Below are positions 1 through 8,036 of a DNA stretch of 12,085 bases, in pieces. The translations under genes and the position numbers were made by a program. Origin of the DNA: Fibrobacterales bacterium (GTDB lineage Bacteria > Fibrobacterota > Fibrobacteria > Fibrobacterales > JAOPTW01); assembly GCA_051532055.1 (NCBI GenBank), contig JAOPTX010000089.1:1-12085 (forward strand). The letters run 5' to 3'. Each line of letters begins with the position of its first letter. Positions within the stretch are counted from its first letter, which is position 1. Under the pieces are notes generated by a model. It ran no database searches, was not told the origin of the DNA, and saw nothing but the letters and a program-made list of their open reading frames with translations.

Positions 1-50
1 TTGGTGTTCAAGAACTCTAAGTTTGCCCGTTTTCGTTCGTCCTTTGCCAT
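1..50 (-). CDS. 5' end of a divergent gene truncated by the window edge (MAKDERKRANLEFLNT...); candidate integrase/tyrosine recombinase by position only
   Basis: Minus-strand AAGGAGG (56-62) lies 5 nt before ATG at 50, and the frame is open to the window edge. Only 16 codons are visible, so the product is inferred from its position divergent from the first cassette. Confidence 0.6.
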   Translation of the reverse strand, partial: MAKDERKRANLEFLNT

Positions 51-70
51 TCTGTCCTCCTTTTGGTTTT

Positions 71-98
71 CCTAACTGTATCATTGTTTACAGTTAGG
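71..98. promoter_or_regulatory. Perfect inverted repeat, 10-bp arms with 8-bp spacer; candidate operator or recombinase-binding site
   Basis: CCTAACTGTA (71-80) / TCATTGTT / TACAGTTAGG (89-98), directly upstream of the divergent gene's RBS. Confidence 0.5.
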
Positions 99-109
99 TG
101 AGGGAGAGG

Positions 110-143
110 CTCTATCCCTATAATAGAGAACGTTGTGGGAAAT
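110..143 (+). other. attI-like primary recombination site (core GTTG at 132-135)
   Basis: ACGTTGTGGGAAAT fits the RC-GTTG-N6-AT cassette-start motif, and 132-141 is the exact reverse complement of 1459-1468. No attC-like left arm precedes it, unlike all later junctions. It contains TATAAT at 119-124. Confidence 0.6.
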
Positions 144-155
144 GGCTAACCTTTG

Positions 156-1385
156 TTAATATAAATCATTTCTGTATGGGCTATTATTTCCATCACAGGC
201 TTCTTCTTCATTAACTTTCTCAGATGAGAAAAACTTTGATTTTTTTGGAATGGTATATTCTGGATAACAAGCATCAGGTAAGTAATGTTGATTTAAACTT
301 AATTGGGATTCGATGAAATTCTCATGAAATTTTTCTGGAATTAATGAAAGTATATACCCGAAATAACAACCATAATAATATTCAGAAAACTCGAAAGAAG
401 CCCCTAAACATTGAGGAAAAATTTCAAATGGTTCGACGTTAATTAACAGTTTCGAAGCTATAGATGTGTAACTGCTTTCATTTTTATTTAACAATAGTTT
501 CAAGTGGAATGACTTTGATCTTTCTTGAGTATCAGTGATCATATCAATAGAATCGAGAGATAAGCTGTTTATTGTTTGGTAATTGTTGATATTGAAATCG
601 ATAATAGCAATAACTTTTTCATAAATTGATTTATGATTTGCCCAAAGATTTAATTCTTGTAATTTTAGTTTGCTTGAATCTAAGTTAATTCTATCTCGTT
701 GATACAATTCAAGATTAAGAAAATTTGCTAGCACATTTGGGTCACTATAATTATGTAAATGATATAGGCTTATTTTCATACTCTCGTTTAACAATGATTG
801 GCAATAATTATAACGGTTTTTATAACTGATTAAAGTAAATCCATGTTTTTGACTAAGGAAAGGTTGTGAATTGTAAAAACAAGTCAGAATTGATTTTACA
901 GAAATTAGACTATCAGGGATTGTTATAGGATTTGATAAATCTTTTAACCTGGGTTTTATGTCTGCCCTTTTTTCTAAATGATGGGCTAACGAAATTTGGT
1001 TTTTAATCAAATTATATGTTTTTACTAATCGTTTTTTAAAATGTAAATTTGGAAATTTTAATATTACTTCATTCCGTTTCACTAAAGGCGCTAGAAGCAT
1101 AACTGAACTAGTTGAATCGAAGAAAATTCGATGGAAATCGGCTGTTATTTTAATATATTCATCTGGGAAATCGGCTAATTTTAATTTTAATGCTTTATTA
1201 ATTTTATTATAACTCTTGAAATCACTCTGTTGTAGTTCATTAATTTTAAGCGAATCTTTAATACGAATGAATATTTTTTGAATATCAGATATTTGCTTTA
1301 TTTCATAGATTAATTTTTCGTCTTTAATATCAGGATAGCAATTTACAATAAAAACTATTGAAACATATATTAGGTAATTACGCAT
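156..1385 (-). CDS. Hypothetical protein, probable lipoprotein (cassette 1, reverse orientation)
   Basis: ORF of about 409 aa from ATG at 1385 (the track starts at TTG 1394). The N-terminus MRNYLIYVSIVFIVNC resembles a lipoprotein signal peptide. No recognisable domain. Confidence 0.75.
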   Translation of the reverse strand: MRNYLIYVSIVFIVNCYPDIKDEKLIYEIKQISDIQKIFIRIKDSLKINELQQSDFKSYNKINKALKLKLADFPDEYIKITADFHRIFFDSTSSVMLLAPLVKRNEVILKFPNLHFKKRLVKTYNLIKNQISLAHHLEKRADIKPRLKDLSNPITIPDSLISVKSILTCFYNSQPFLSQKHGFTLISYKNRYNYCQSLLNESMKISLYHLHNYSDPNVLANFLNLELYQRDRINLDSSKLKLQELNLWANHKSIYEKVIAIIDFNINNYQTINSLSLDSIDMITDTQERSKSFHLKLLLNKNESSYTSIASKLLINVEPFEIFPQCLGASFEFSEYYYGCYFGYILSLIPEKFHENFIESQLSLNQHYLPDACYPEYTIPKKSKFFSSEKVNEEEACDGNNSPYRNDLY

Positions 1386-1461
1386 TGGGCTCAAAAAAAG
1401 GAATATACAGGTTAATAAAGCTAATATTTTTTAGATCAATTTACGAATAATTTAAAACTTC

Positions 1462-1538
1462 CCACAACAAGCATAGCAGTCAACGTTTTTTTTATGCACT
1501 GAAGTGCAAAAACGCTGCCAACTCTGCAGACGTTGGGC
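1462..1538 (+). repeat. attC-like site 1 (77 bp, family A)
   Basis: CCACAAC...GTTGGGC with inner stems CGTTTTT/AAAAACG and TGCAC-TGAA-GTGCA. The inner 63 nt differ from site 7 at one position. Confidence 0.85.
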
Positions 1539-1716
1539 CCAATAGGTGATAGGATACAGAAGTAGATAGGGAAAGAAATTTATTTACATCGGTTAGTGCC
1601 ACGTCCTAGTGCCGTTATTTTAAGATTAAATAAATAAGGAATTTGGTTGGTAGAAAACAGGACTCGAAAATAGGGAGAATGTTAGTTACTTTTACTTGAA
1701 TACAAAAGAGGGCGAT

Positions 1717-3306
1717 ATGTATAAAATAGTAGTAAGTGTACTGGTATTCTTTATGCTAGCAAAAGGAACCTTTGCGAGCAGTATGATTGTGGGGGATAGC
1801 TCACTTCCTTATAGTATAATGAATGAATCTCAAGTGTGGGATGTAGATACAGTACATCTCTACAATTTAGTTTTATTCAAAGATTCAAATGAATTGACCA
1901 TCACTCCAGGTACAACAGTAATAATGCATAGTGATTCTGCACGTTTAGAGGTGTTTGGTCCAGGTTTTACGGCTGTTGGAACTAAAGAAGATTCAATCAT
2001 TTTTACAACTACTGATTCAAATTATATGGGGGGAGGGCTTCAAGCTTCTCAAAAAATTAGAATTGAATATTGTAAATTTGAATATCAAGAAAGTAATTCT
2101 AAAGATGGAATATTGTTTGCTAGTTCTAACCCATTAGATTCAATGATAATTAGACATTCACTTTTCCAAAATAACCTAGGTCGAAATGCAGTTTCTTTTT
2201 CAGGAAAAGCGTACCATCTGATTGAATCCAACACTTTTCGTAATAATACTCGAGCTATCAAAGTTGCAAATGCACCAAATACCTGGATACAAAATAACAC
2301 CTTTATTGAAAACAGCTCTACTCAGAGTGGCGGGGCTATTCTTATTGAAGGGAATGGTGACCCTTCTGGGTATTTTATCAATAACTGGTTTATTCGTAAT
2401 AAATCAGAGAAAACAGGTGGAGCTGTTCTCATTGAAGATCAGGGGACGGCTCACTTCTATGGTAACTACTTTGATGGTAATATGAGCAATGGCAGTGGCG
2501 GCGCAGCTGCGGCTATTAATGGTGGGGAGTTTATTTTTATCAACAATACTTTTGCCAATAATAGAGGGGGTAATAGTGGCGGCGCCTATTACGCAGATAT
2601 TGGATATGCTGCAATTATCAATTGCCTTTTTTATAACAATAGTGCGCGGGCCGATGGGGAAGAACTCTATGATAGAGTAGGAGGCACCCCACCAACAAAA
2701 TACAGTAAATTCTATTTAAGGGAAGATGGTGACCCTACTGCCGATAGTATGCGCCTTCATTTTGCTGCTACAGATGCTTATGAGTCTTATATTGATCGTG
2801 GTGTTCTCAATTTCGATACCGTTAGTTACCCAACTTATCATAATGGACTACCTCCAATCTACATGCCTTACTATGATATTAATGGCAATCCACGTGTAGC
2901 AGGAAAATCAATTGATCTTGGCGCTATTGAACTGGTTAATGATACACTATTGCCCGATACCAGTTGGTATAGTCAGATTCCAATCAATCTTAATGATACA
3001 ACTTCGTTGGTTGACTCTAATGTCACTTCAGTAGTAAGTTACTTATCAAAACAGGTTTTTACTGAGATTCATATTACCAACTACTCATCACATATTACTT
3101 TTGATTTAGAACCAGGAAGTGGAATTAGGGGTAGTGCAAATGGAGCACTGTATACATTGTTTGGAAAAAAAATAACAGGCCTTAAGAAAATATCTCAATC
3201 TAAGTGGTCACTGCAATCTCAATCAGTATCACATGGAGTATACTTGGTTGTTATCGAGTCTACTGCAGGAGTTATTTTAGCGCGACAGATGGTTTCGATT
3301 AAGTAA
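1717..3306 (+). CDS. Secreted right-handed parallel beta-helix repeat protein with choice-of-anchor Q-like motif and C-terminal secretion (T9SS-like) tail (cassette 2)
   Basis: GAGGG RBS before ATG 1717. Signal peptide ending in TFA. Repeated FxxN and GGA(I/V/A/Y) motifs. DINGNPRVAGKSIDLGAIE motif. C-terminal LYTLFGKKI...GVYLVVI beta-sandwich pattern. Confidence 0.8.
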   Translation: MYKIVVSVLVFFMLAKGTFASSMIVGDSSLPYSIMNESQVWDVDTVHLYNLVLFKDSNELTITPGTTVIMHSDSARLEVFGPGFTAVGTKEDSIIFTTTDSNYMGGGLQASQKIRIEYCKFEYQESNSKDGILFASSNPLDSMIIRHSLFQNNLGRNAVSFSGKAYHLIESNTFRNNTRAIKVANAPNTWIQNNTFIENSSTQSGGAILIEGNGDPSGYFINNWFIRNKSEKTGGAVLIEDQGTAHFYGNYFDGNMSNGSGGAAAAINGGEFIFINNTFANNRGGNSGGAYYADIGYAAIINCLFYNNSARADGEELYDRVGGTPPTKYSKFYLREDGDPTADSMRLHFAATDAYESYIDRGVLNFDTVSYPTYHNGLPPIYMPYYDINGNPRVAGKSIDLGAIELVNDTLLPDTSWYSQIPINLNDTTSLVDSNVTSVVSYLSKQVFTEIHITNYSSHITFDLEPGSGIRGSANGALYTLFGKKITGLKKISQSKWSLQSQSVSHGVYLVVIESTAGVILARQMVSIK

Positions 3307-3409
3307 TTATGAAGTGGATATTCGAACTAGGTAACAAAACCCTTTCTTGTGATTAAAGCCGATGTAAATAAATTTCTTAGGTGAGACATTATTGATAATC
3401 ACCTACTGG

Positions 3410-3487
3410 GCTCAACAAGCATAGCAGTCAACGTTTTTTCTATGCACTGAAGTGCAAAAAACGCTGCCAACTCTGCGAGCGTTGTAG
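3410..3487 (+). repeat. attC-like site 2 (78 bp, family A)
   Basis: GCTCAAC...GTTGTAG. Near-identical to sites 1 and 7, with one extra A and GAGC instead of AGAC before GTT. Confidence 0.85.
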
Positions 3488-3592
3488 CCAATTTAAAAAG
3501 GGACAGGTAAGTGCCTTTGGCAATAATTAGAAAAAACAAAGCCCAACTCTCCACCTAAAAAATCTCAAAACAGAATAAATACCAAGAATGCC

Positions 3593-3615
3593 GTTACCTT
3601 GGGGTAACCTTTTTT
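3593..3615 (+). promoter_or_regulatory. Palindrome GTTACC-TTGG-GGTAAC followed by a T-run; operator or intrinsic terminator upstream of the TIGR02147-like gene
   Basis: 6-bp perfect arms at 3593-3598 and 3603-3608, then T6 at 3610-3615. Confidence 0.4.
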
Positions 3616-3675
3616 CGTCTAATTCTATTGTAAGCCAATTTTAATATATATACCTTATGCAAGAGGTAAAAAACT

Positions 3676-4503
3676 ATGATAAATATTTTTGAATACACTG
3701 ACTATAAAAGCTTTCTAAGTGACTTTTACGAGTTTAAAAAAGGAGAAAACTCTAACTTCTCCTACCAAACCCTTGCTACTAAGGCGGGGTTTAAGAATAA
3801 AGGATTTGTGTATAATATTTTTAAAGGAAACAAAGGATTGTCAAAATCCAATATCTTTAAGTTAACACAGGCACTTAGCCTAAATAAAATAGAGACAGAA
3901 TACTTTGAAACACTCGTTACCTTTCAAAATGCAGAGTCTTTAGAGGAAAGGAATTTTCATTTTGAAAAAATGAATACACTTTATGCTAAAGGAATAGCTA
4001 AAGAGCCTTTGAGAATTAGACAAGATAAATTCGAATTATATTCAAATTGGCATCATTCAGTAATTAGGTCATTAATCGACATGTATCCATTTGAGGGTGA
4101 TTATAAATGGCTTTCAAAAAAGGTAAAGCCTTCCATTACAGTAAAAGAGGCAAAGGCTTCAGTTGCTCTATTAGAAAAGCTAGAACTTGTTGGAATAAAT
4201 AAGAACGGGAAATATGCTGTTAAAGATAAAAATATTACAACAGGTAAATCGGTACTTAGTTTAGCGGTTCAAAATTTCCATTTAGAATGTACTGAACTGG
4301 CAAAACAAGCCATTTTATATACACCCTCTACTAGGAGAAATATTACAGGACTAACTCTTGGTATTTCTGAAAAAGCTTATCACACAATTTGTGCTGAGAT
4401 ACAAGCTTTTCAAAAAAACATTATTAACATCGCAAATGCAGACATGAATTCAGATAAAGTGTACCAATTCAACTTTCACCTGTTTCCACTTTCTGAAGCT
4501 TAA
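3676..4503 (+). CDS. TIGR02147 family protein (Fibrobacter paralogous family, DUF4423-like, N-terminal HTH-like region) (cassette 3, gene 1)
   Basis: 275 aa. Characteristic IFEYTDYKSFLSDFYE start, FSYQTLATKAGF, YSNWHHSVIR, RRNITGLTLGIS and VYQFNFHLFPLS end. GAGG RBS. Confidence 0.9.
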   Translation: MINIFEYTDYKSFLSDFYEFKKGENSNFSYQTLATKAGFKNKGFVYNIFKGNKGLSKSNIFKLTQALSLNKIETEYFETLVTFQNAESLEERNFHFEKMNTLYAKGIAKEPLRIRQDKFELYSNWHHSVIRSLIDMYPFEGDYKWLSKKVKPSITVKEAKASVALLEKLELVGINKNGKYAVKDKNITTGKSVLSLAVQNFHLECTELAKQAILYTPSTRRNITGLTLGISEKAYHTICAEIQAFQKNIINIANADMNSDKVYQFNFHLFPLSEA

Positions 4504-4518
4504 CTAAAAGGACAAATC

Positions 4519-6270
4519 ATGAAACATACATTAAAATATCTTTACCCTTTACTACTATCACTATTTTTTACGTATTGCAGTATGGGGGAATCTAATCTTA
4601 CCGGTAATTCAACTCAAACGGGTAATCCTGAATTGGCAATGATACTCTATAATACTGATGGGACTGTAGCAGATAGTGCAACTGTCGAAGTTTATGAAAT
4701 TGAGAGTACTACAATCGCTTTTAAAACAGTTACTGATAGTAATGGCCAATACTCCCTTTCTGGTTTAAATGGAACGTATAATATTTGGGCATCAAAAGAT
4801 TCATTAGCTGCTTTTCAGGATTCAGTATATATCTTCTCGGATACAAATTATGTAAGAAGAGATACATTGAAATCCACTATACATGCACGAGGTAAAGTAG
4901 CATTGCAACCTGGGGATGATTTCCAGACTGTTACCGTGAATGTACTGGGGTCATATAAATTTGCAAATGTTGATTCATTAGGTTTCTTCACTTTATCAAA
5001 TATGCCCAAAGGTGAATATAATTTAAGATTCGAAACAACTCTTCCAAATTATACAACTACCTATTCACCTGTAACAATAGTTAGTGATACATCGTTCACA
5101 TATGTCGATCCTTTTGAGTTGATCTATACTGGTATTCCATTGGTTACAGGACTAATAGCTCAATATGATACTACTAGCGGTGTGATGACTGTTTCTTGGG
5201 ACTCGATATCATATCCTGGAATTCAAGAATACTTGGTTTATAGACAAGAAGATTCGGCAAAAACTATTGCTACAATCCCTGTAGGAAAAACTACAAGTAA
5301 TATTTTTAGTGATTCTCTTTATTCAGGTGATTTTCCGTATATTAATGATCAGTTATCTCATAACTTACAGTATAGAGTAAAAATACGGAATACTTTTGAT
5401 GAAGAGGGAGGGGTTAATGGGTATGCTCAAGCTACAGCAGTCCCCTCTCAACCATTGAGAGCTTTTGCAGGGAATGATATTCTTGTCCTTACAAATAGTG
5501 TTGTGAATTTACAAGGTTATGCAACTGGGTTAAGGGATATTGTAAAGTACGAGTGGGCATTTGGGTCTATGGATAATTTTGTTCAGACTAGTACAGGGGA
5601 TACAAATGTTGTTGCTCCAAGTACAGAGATAGATAACTATCCATGCTTTTTTCGAGTTACAAATAGTGATGGCATAATTGTCACTGACTCATTAATTCTA
5701 GATGTAGAGGGGATTATCGTTTCATCACATAGTTCAAATGAAATAGTTACTGAAGTATTTACTTTACAGGGGATGGCTTCATCAAATGTTACAGAAATTA
5801 GAGTTGAATTCATGGGGGTAACTGTAAGTGCAGTAAACAATTCAAATAGCTGGAGGGTTGATGTTGACTCTAGGATTGTATATCCAAGTTTTGAGACAGA
5901 AATTATAATTATAGGATTAAATGAATCAGAAGTGATTTCATCTAAATCAATGATAGTGTCAGTTAAAAATCAAGACCCAATAATAGGCAAGTGGTCTTGT
6001 TCTAAAAAATATGATCATTCAACAACGGCTAACGCCCCTGTAATTGATGAGTTCTTATCAAATGGTAGTCTAGGGCAAATTAATATATTTAATGGAGATC
6101 CTAAGTCATGGATGTTAAATGGAAAAGATTATTACTTATACGGAGCGTATAATGGCTTAATTACAATTTCACCTACTTTTCACAATTACAACCTTATGAG
6201 TTATACATTGAATAAAGACAATGCAAACTATGCAACAAGCAATTCAACTATAACATGTTCTAGAATGTAA
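4519..6270 (+). CDS. Lipoprotein with carboxypeptidase-regulatory-like domains, FN3-like, PKD-like and Ig-like beta-sandwich domains (cassette 3, gene 2)
   Basis: 583 aa. AAAGGA RBS, 15 nt after the previous stop. Signal ...LFFTYC then GNSTQTGN. TVTDSNGQYSLSGL.GTYNI and VDSLGFFTLSNMPKGEYNL repeats. AFAGND...IVKYEW PKD-like pattern. Confidence 0.8.
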   Translation: MKHTLKYLYPLLLSLFFTYCSMGESNLTGNSTQTGNPELAMILYNTDGTVADSATVEVYEIESTTIAFKTVTDSNGQYSLSGLNGTYNIWASKDSLAAFQDSVYIFSDTNYVRRDTLKSTIHARGKVALQPGDDFQTVTVNVLGSYKFANVDSLGFFTLSNMPKGEYNLRFETTLPNYTTTYSPVTIVSDTSFTYVDPFELIYTGIPLVTGLIAQYDTTSGVMTVSWDSISYPGIQEYLVYRQEDSAKTIATIPVGKTTSNIFSDSLYSGDFPYINDQLSHNLQYRVKIRNTFDEEGGVNGYAQATAVPSQPLRAFAGNDILVLTNSVVNLQGYATGLRDIVKYEWAFGSMDNFVQTSTGDTNVVAPSTEIDNYPCFFRVTNSDGIIVTDSLILDVEGIIVSSHSSNEIVTEVFTLQGMASSNVTEIRVEFMGVTVSAVNNSNSWRVDVDSRIVYPSFETEIIIIGLNESEVISSKSMIVSVKNQDPIIGKWSCSKKYDHSTTANAPVIDEFLSNGSLGQINIFNGDPKSWMLNGKDYYLYGAYNGLITISPTFHNYNLMSYTLNKDNANYATSNSTITCSRM

Positions 6271-6299
6271 TTGTAAATATTTGTCCCTTTTTAAACTGT

Positions 6300-6378
6300 C
6301 TACAACAGCCGAAGCACGCAAGCTTTTATCTATGCACTGAAGTGCAAAAAGCCTGCGTACATTCGCCAGACGTTGCCT
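6300..6378 (+). repeat. attC-like site 3 (79 bp, mosaic)
   Basis: CTACAAC-AGCCGAAGCACGCAAGCTTTT...AAAAGCCTGCGTACATTCGCCAGAC-GTTGCCT. The apical TGCACTGAAGTGCA is shared with family A, while the arms resemble sites 5 and 6. Confidence 0.85.
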
Positions 6379-6548
6379 GCAATTACAAGTGACTGAAAGT
6401 GTATTGGTAAAATATTTTCAAATGGTGCAGAAAGGCCCACGTCCTGTGGGCTGAATATATCTAAATCTTGAGTCCCTACTGGAATTGAACGTAAGTTTTC
6501 GTATATTTCTAATACAAGCTTTATCAATCATATTTTCTAGGGTTTATC

Positions 6549-7724
6549 ATGAAAACATTTTTATTACTTCTGCTCATTTTATCACTTCTTGCATGTAATG
6601 ATGAAACCACAGTTGCATCGGATCATAATGAATTATCATCAAGTAGTTCAATGATCAATACAAGTGTTCAACATGGTCTTATAAGTTCTGCACAATCTAT
6701 CTCAAGTGACTTTATTGATTTAGTTTCATCTAGTTTTAATTCAGAAAGCTCTGGTGTTACAATATCCACAGAATCTGGCACTAAGGAACACTATATAAGT
6801 TATAGTACAAATGATAATAACTCTTCATCGGAAGATGGTTACGCAAAGGGGGGAATAACAGGGAAATATGATCACTTATTTGCACATACTGCTAAATATC
6901 CAGATCCTGAAAAGACACTTTGTGAACAATTACCAGGTTATTTTAATTCTAATATTCGATTGGGAGGGGTTGCTGCATTTGGAGTGTCAAATAATGGAAC
7001 AATGTATTTATTAGATTCAAACAAACTAGATTATGGGCCGAAATGGAATTTATTTCGAGGTGATAAATATTTACGTAATCAGATAATTTCAGGTTATGAT
7101 CATGGGGATGGTGAGTATGAGATTGAATTTGAAAATGTAATTGACAAATTTGGGAACCTTAATGAGTCTAATATTGTTGTTCATTTTGAAAACAATAAAG
7201 TTGATAGTATTATTCCATGTCCTGCTAATAATAGTGATGAATGTGAATCCCTAGATATTATAGAGTGGAATGATATGGAGTATGAAGTGAAAAATTATCT
7301 GTCAATGAGTAGAATTAGACATGTTGGGAAAACAATAGAAAATGAATATTTGATTGTTTTAGAGGGAGTTTATCAAAGTTCAGAAGATCAATCGATTACA
7401 TTTTTCGGGAAACCTGGTGAATTAGTAATTGCAGCTCATTGGGAAAGTGAGTTAGGGGGTGGTTTTGAAGCATTTAGAATTGGTGATTTTCGGTACGAAA
7501 TGAAAAAAGAAGATGTTTATGATGATCAATGGTACTTAAAAGAATATTCTCTTAAAAAAATTAATATTAAAGATTACCTCGATAACGTAAAACCCCTAGA
7601 GTCAACGACTCAAAACCTTTATAATGTAGAAATAACAGATGAATTGCTTGGGTCTCTAGGATTTGATTGCAGTGAAAATATAACACGAAGAGAAAGAACT
7701 GGTTCTGTTATACCTTATATTTAA
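6549..7724 (+). CDS. Hypothetical lipoprotein with Ser-rich N-terminal linker (cassette 4)
   Basis: 391 aa. MKTFLLLLLILSLLAC lipobox, then a Ser-rich region and an acidic, probably beta-rich domain. Confidence 0.8.
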   Translation: MKTFLLLLLILSLLACNDETTVASDHNELSSSSSMINTSVQHGLISSAQSISSDFIDLVSSSFNSESSGVTISTESGTKEHYISYSTNDNNSSSEDGYAKGGITGKYDHLFAHTAKYPDPEKTLCEQLPGYFNSNIRLGGVAAFGVSNNGTMYLLDSNKLDYGPKWNLFRGDKYLRNQIISGYDHGDGEYEIEFENVIDKFGNLNESNIVVHFENNKVDSIIPCPANNSDECESLDIIEWNDMEYEVKNYLSMSRIRHVGKTIENEYLIVLEGVYQSSEDQSITFFGKPGELVIAAHWESELGGGFEAFRIGDFRYEMKKEDVYDDQWYLKEYSLKKINIKDYLDNVKPLESTTQNLYNVEITDELLGSLGFDCSENITRRERTGSVIPYI

Positions 7725-7760
7725 TTTGTCTAATAAAAAATAGATCAACAATATAGTCTT

Positions 7761-7804
7761 TCCCGCCACTCCACATCCCTGGTTGCGTGGCGGGAGCACC
7801 TTTT
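7761..7804 (+). terminator. GC-rich stem-loop downstream of the cassette 4 gene; possible terminator
   Basis: TCCCGCCAC (7761-7769) pairs with GTGGCGGGA (7787-7795). The T-tract is short and offset. Confidence 0.35.
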
Positions 7805-7851
7805 AAAAAAAATTCAAAATCAACAGTATCTCGTAAGTCACTTGTAACTGC

Positions 7852-8036
7852 AGGCAACAGGGTGAGCAAGCAATAACCGTTTCGTAAGTGAACTGCATTC
7901 AGCCGGTCGCTAAAGCTCCTCGTCCTCATGCAACCCAAGCAAAGCTAGGGAGTTCACTAACTCCACTTTTTAATCCAAAATCGTAAAGACCGATTTTGGA
8001 TTAAAATTACTGCCAACTGGCACCCGGACGTTGTAA
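7852..8036 (+). repeat. attC-like site 4 (185 bp, long branched type)
   Basis: AGGCAAC-AGGGTGAGCAAGCAATAA...TTACTGCCAACTGGCACCCGGAC-GTTGTAA. Internal branches include a perfect 16-bp stem (7968-7983/7991-8006) and a segment shared with site 6. Confidence 0.75.

Noticed and set aside
76..93. Gammaproteobacterial LexA box upstream of the divergent gene
   Set aside because: It reads CTGT-N10-ACAG, whereas the E. coli-type box is CTGT-N8-ACAG.
1462..1538. Family-A repeats as plain REP elements or terminators
   Set aside because: This would not explain the cassette-specific end complementarity that switches exactly at the GTT/AAC cores.
1955..2680. Short ORFs 1955-2137, 2085-2300, 2222-2485 and 2489-2680
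   Set aside because: They are alternative-frame or antisense shadows inside the well-supported beta-helix gene.
6395..6428. Further extension of the cassette 4 inverted repeat (TTTTCAAATGGTGC versus 7796-7809, 12/14)
   Set aside because: It is AT-rich and needs gaps to connect to the terminal repeat, so it could be chance and was not counted.
5637..6527. Minus-strand ORFs 5637-5840 and 6330-6527
   Set aside because: The first is antisense to the lipoprotein gene, and the second crosses an attC-like junction. Neither has recognisable features.
7708..7938. 76-aa minus-strand ORF
   Set aside because: It starts inside site 4 and runs through the terminal repeat, so it is probably spurious.
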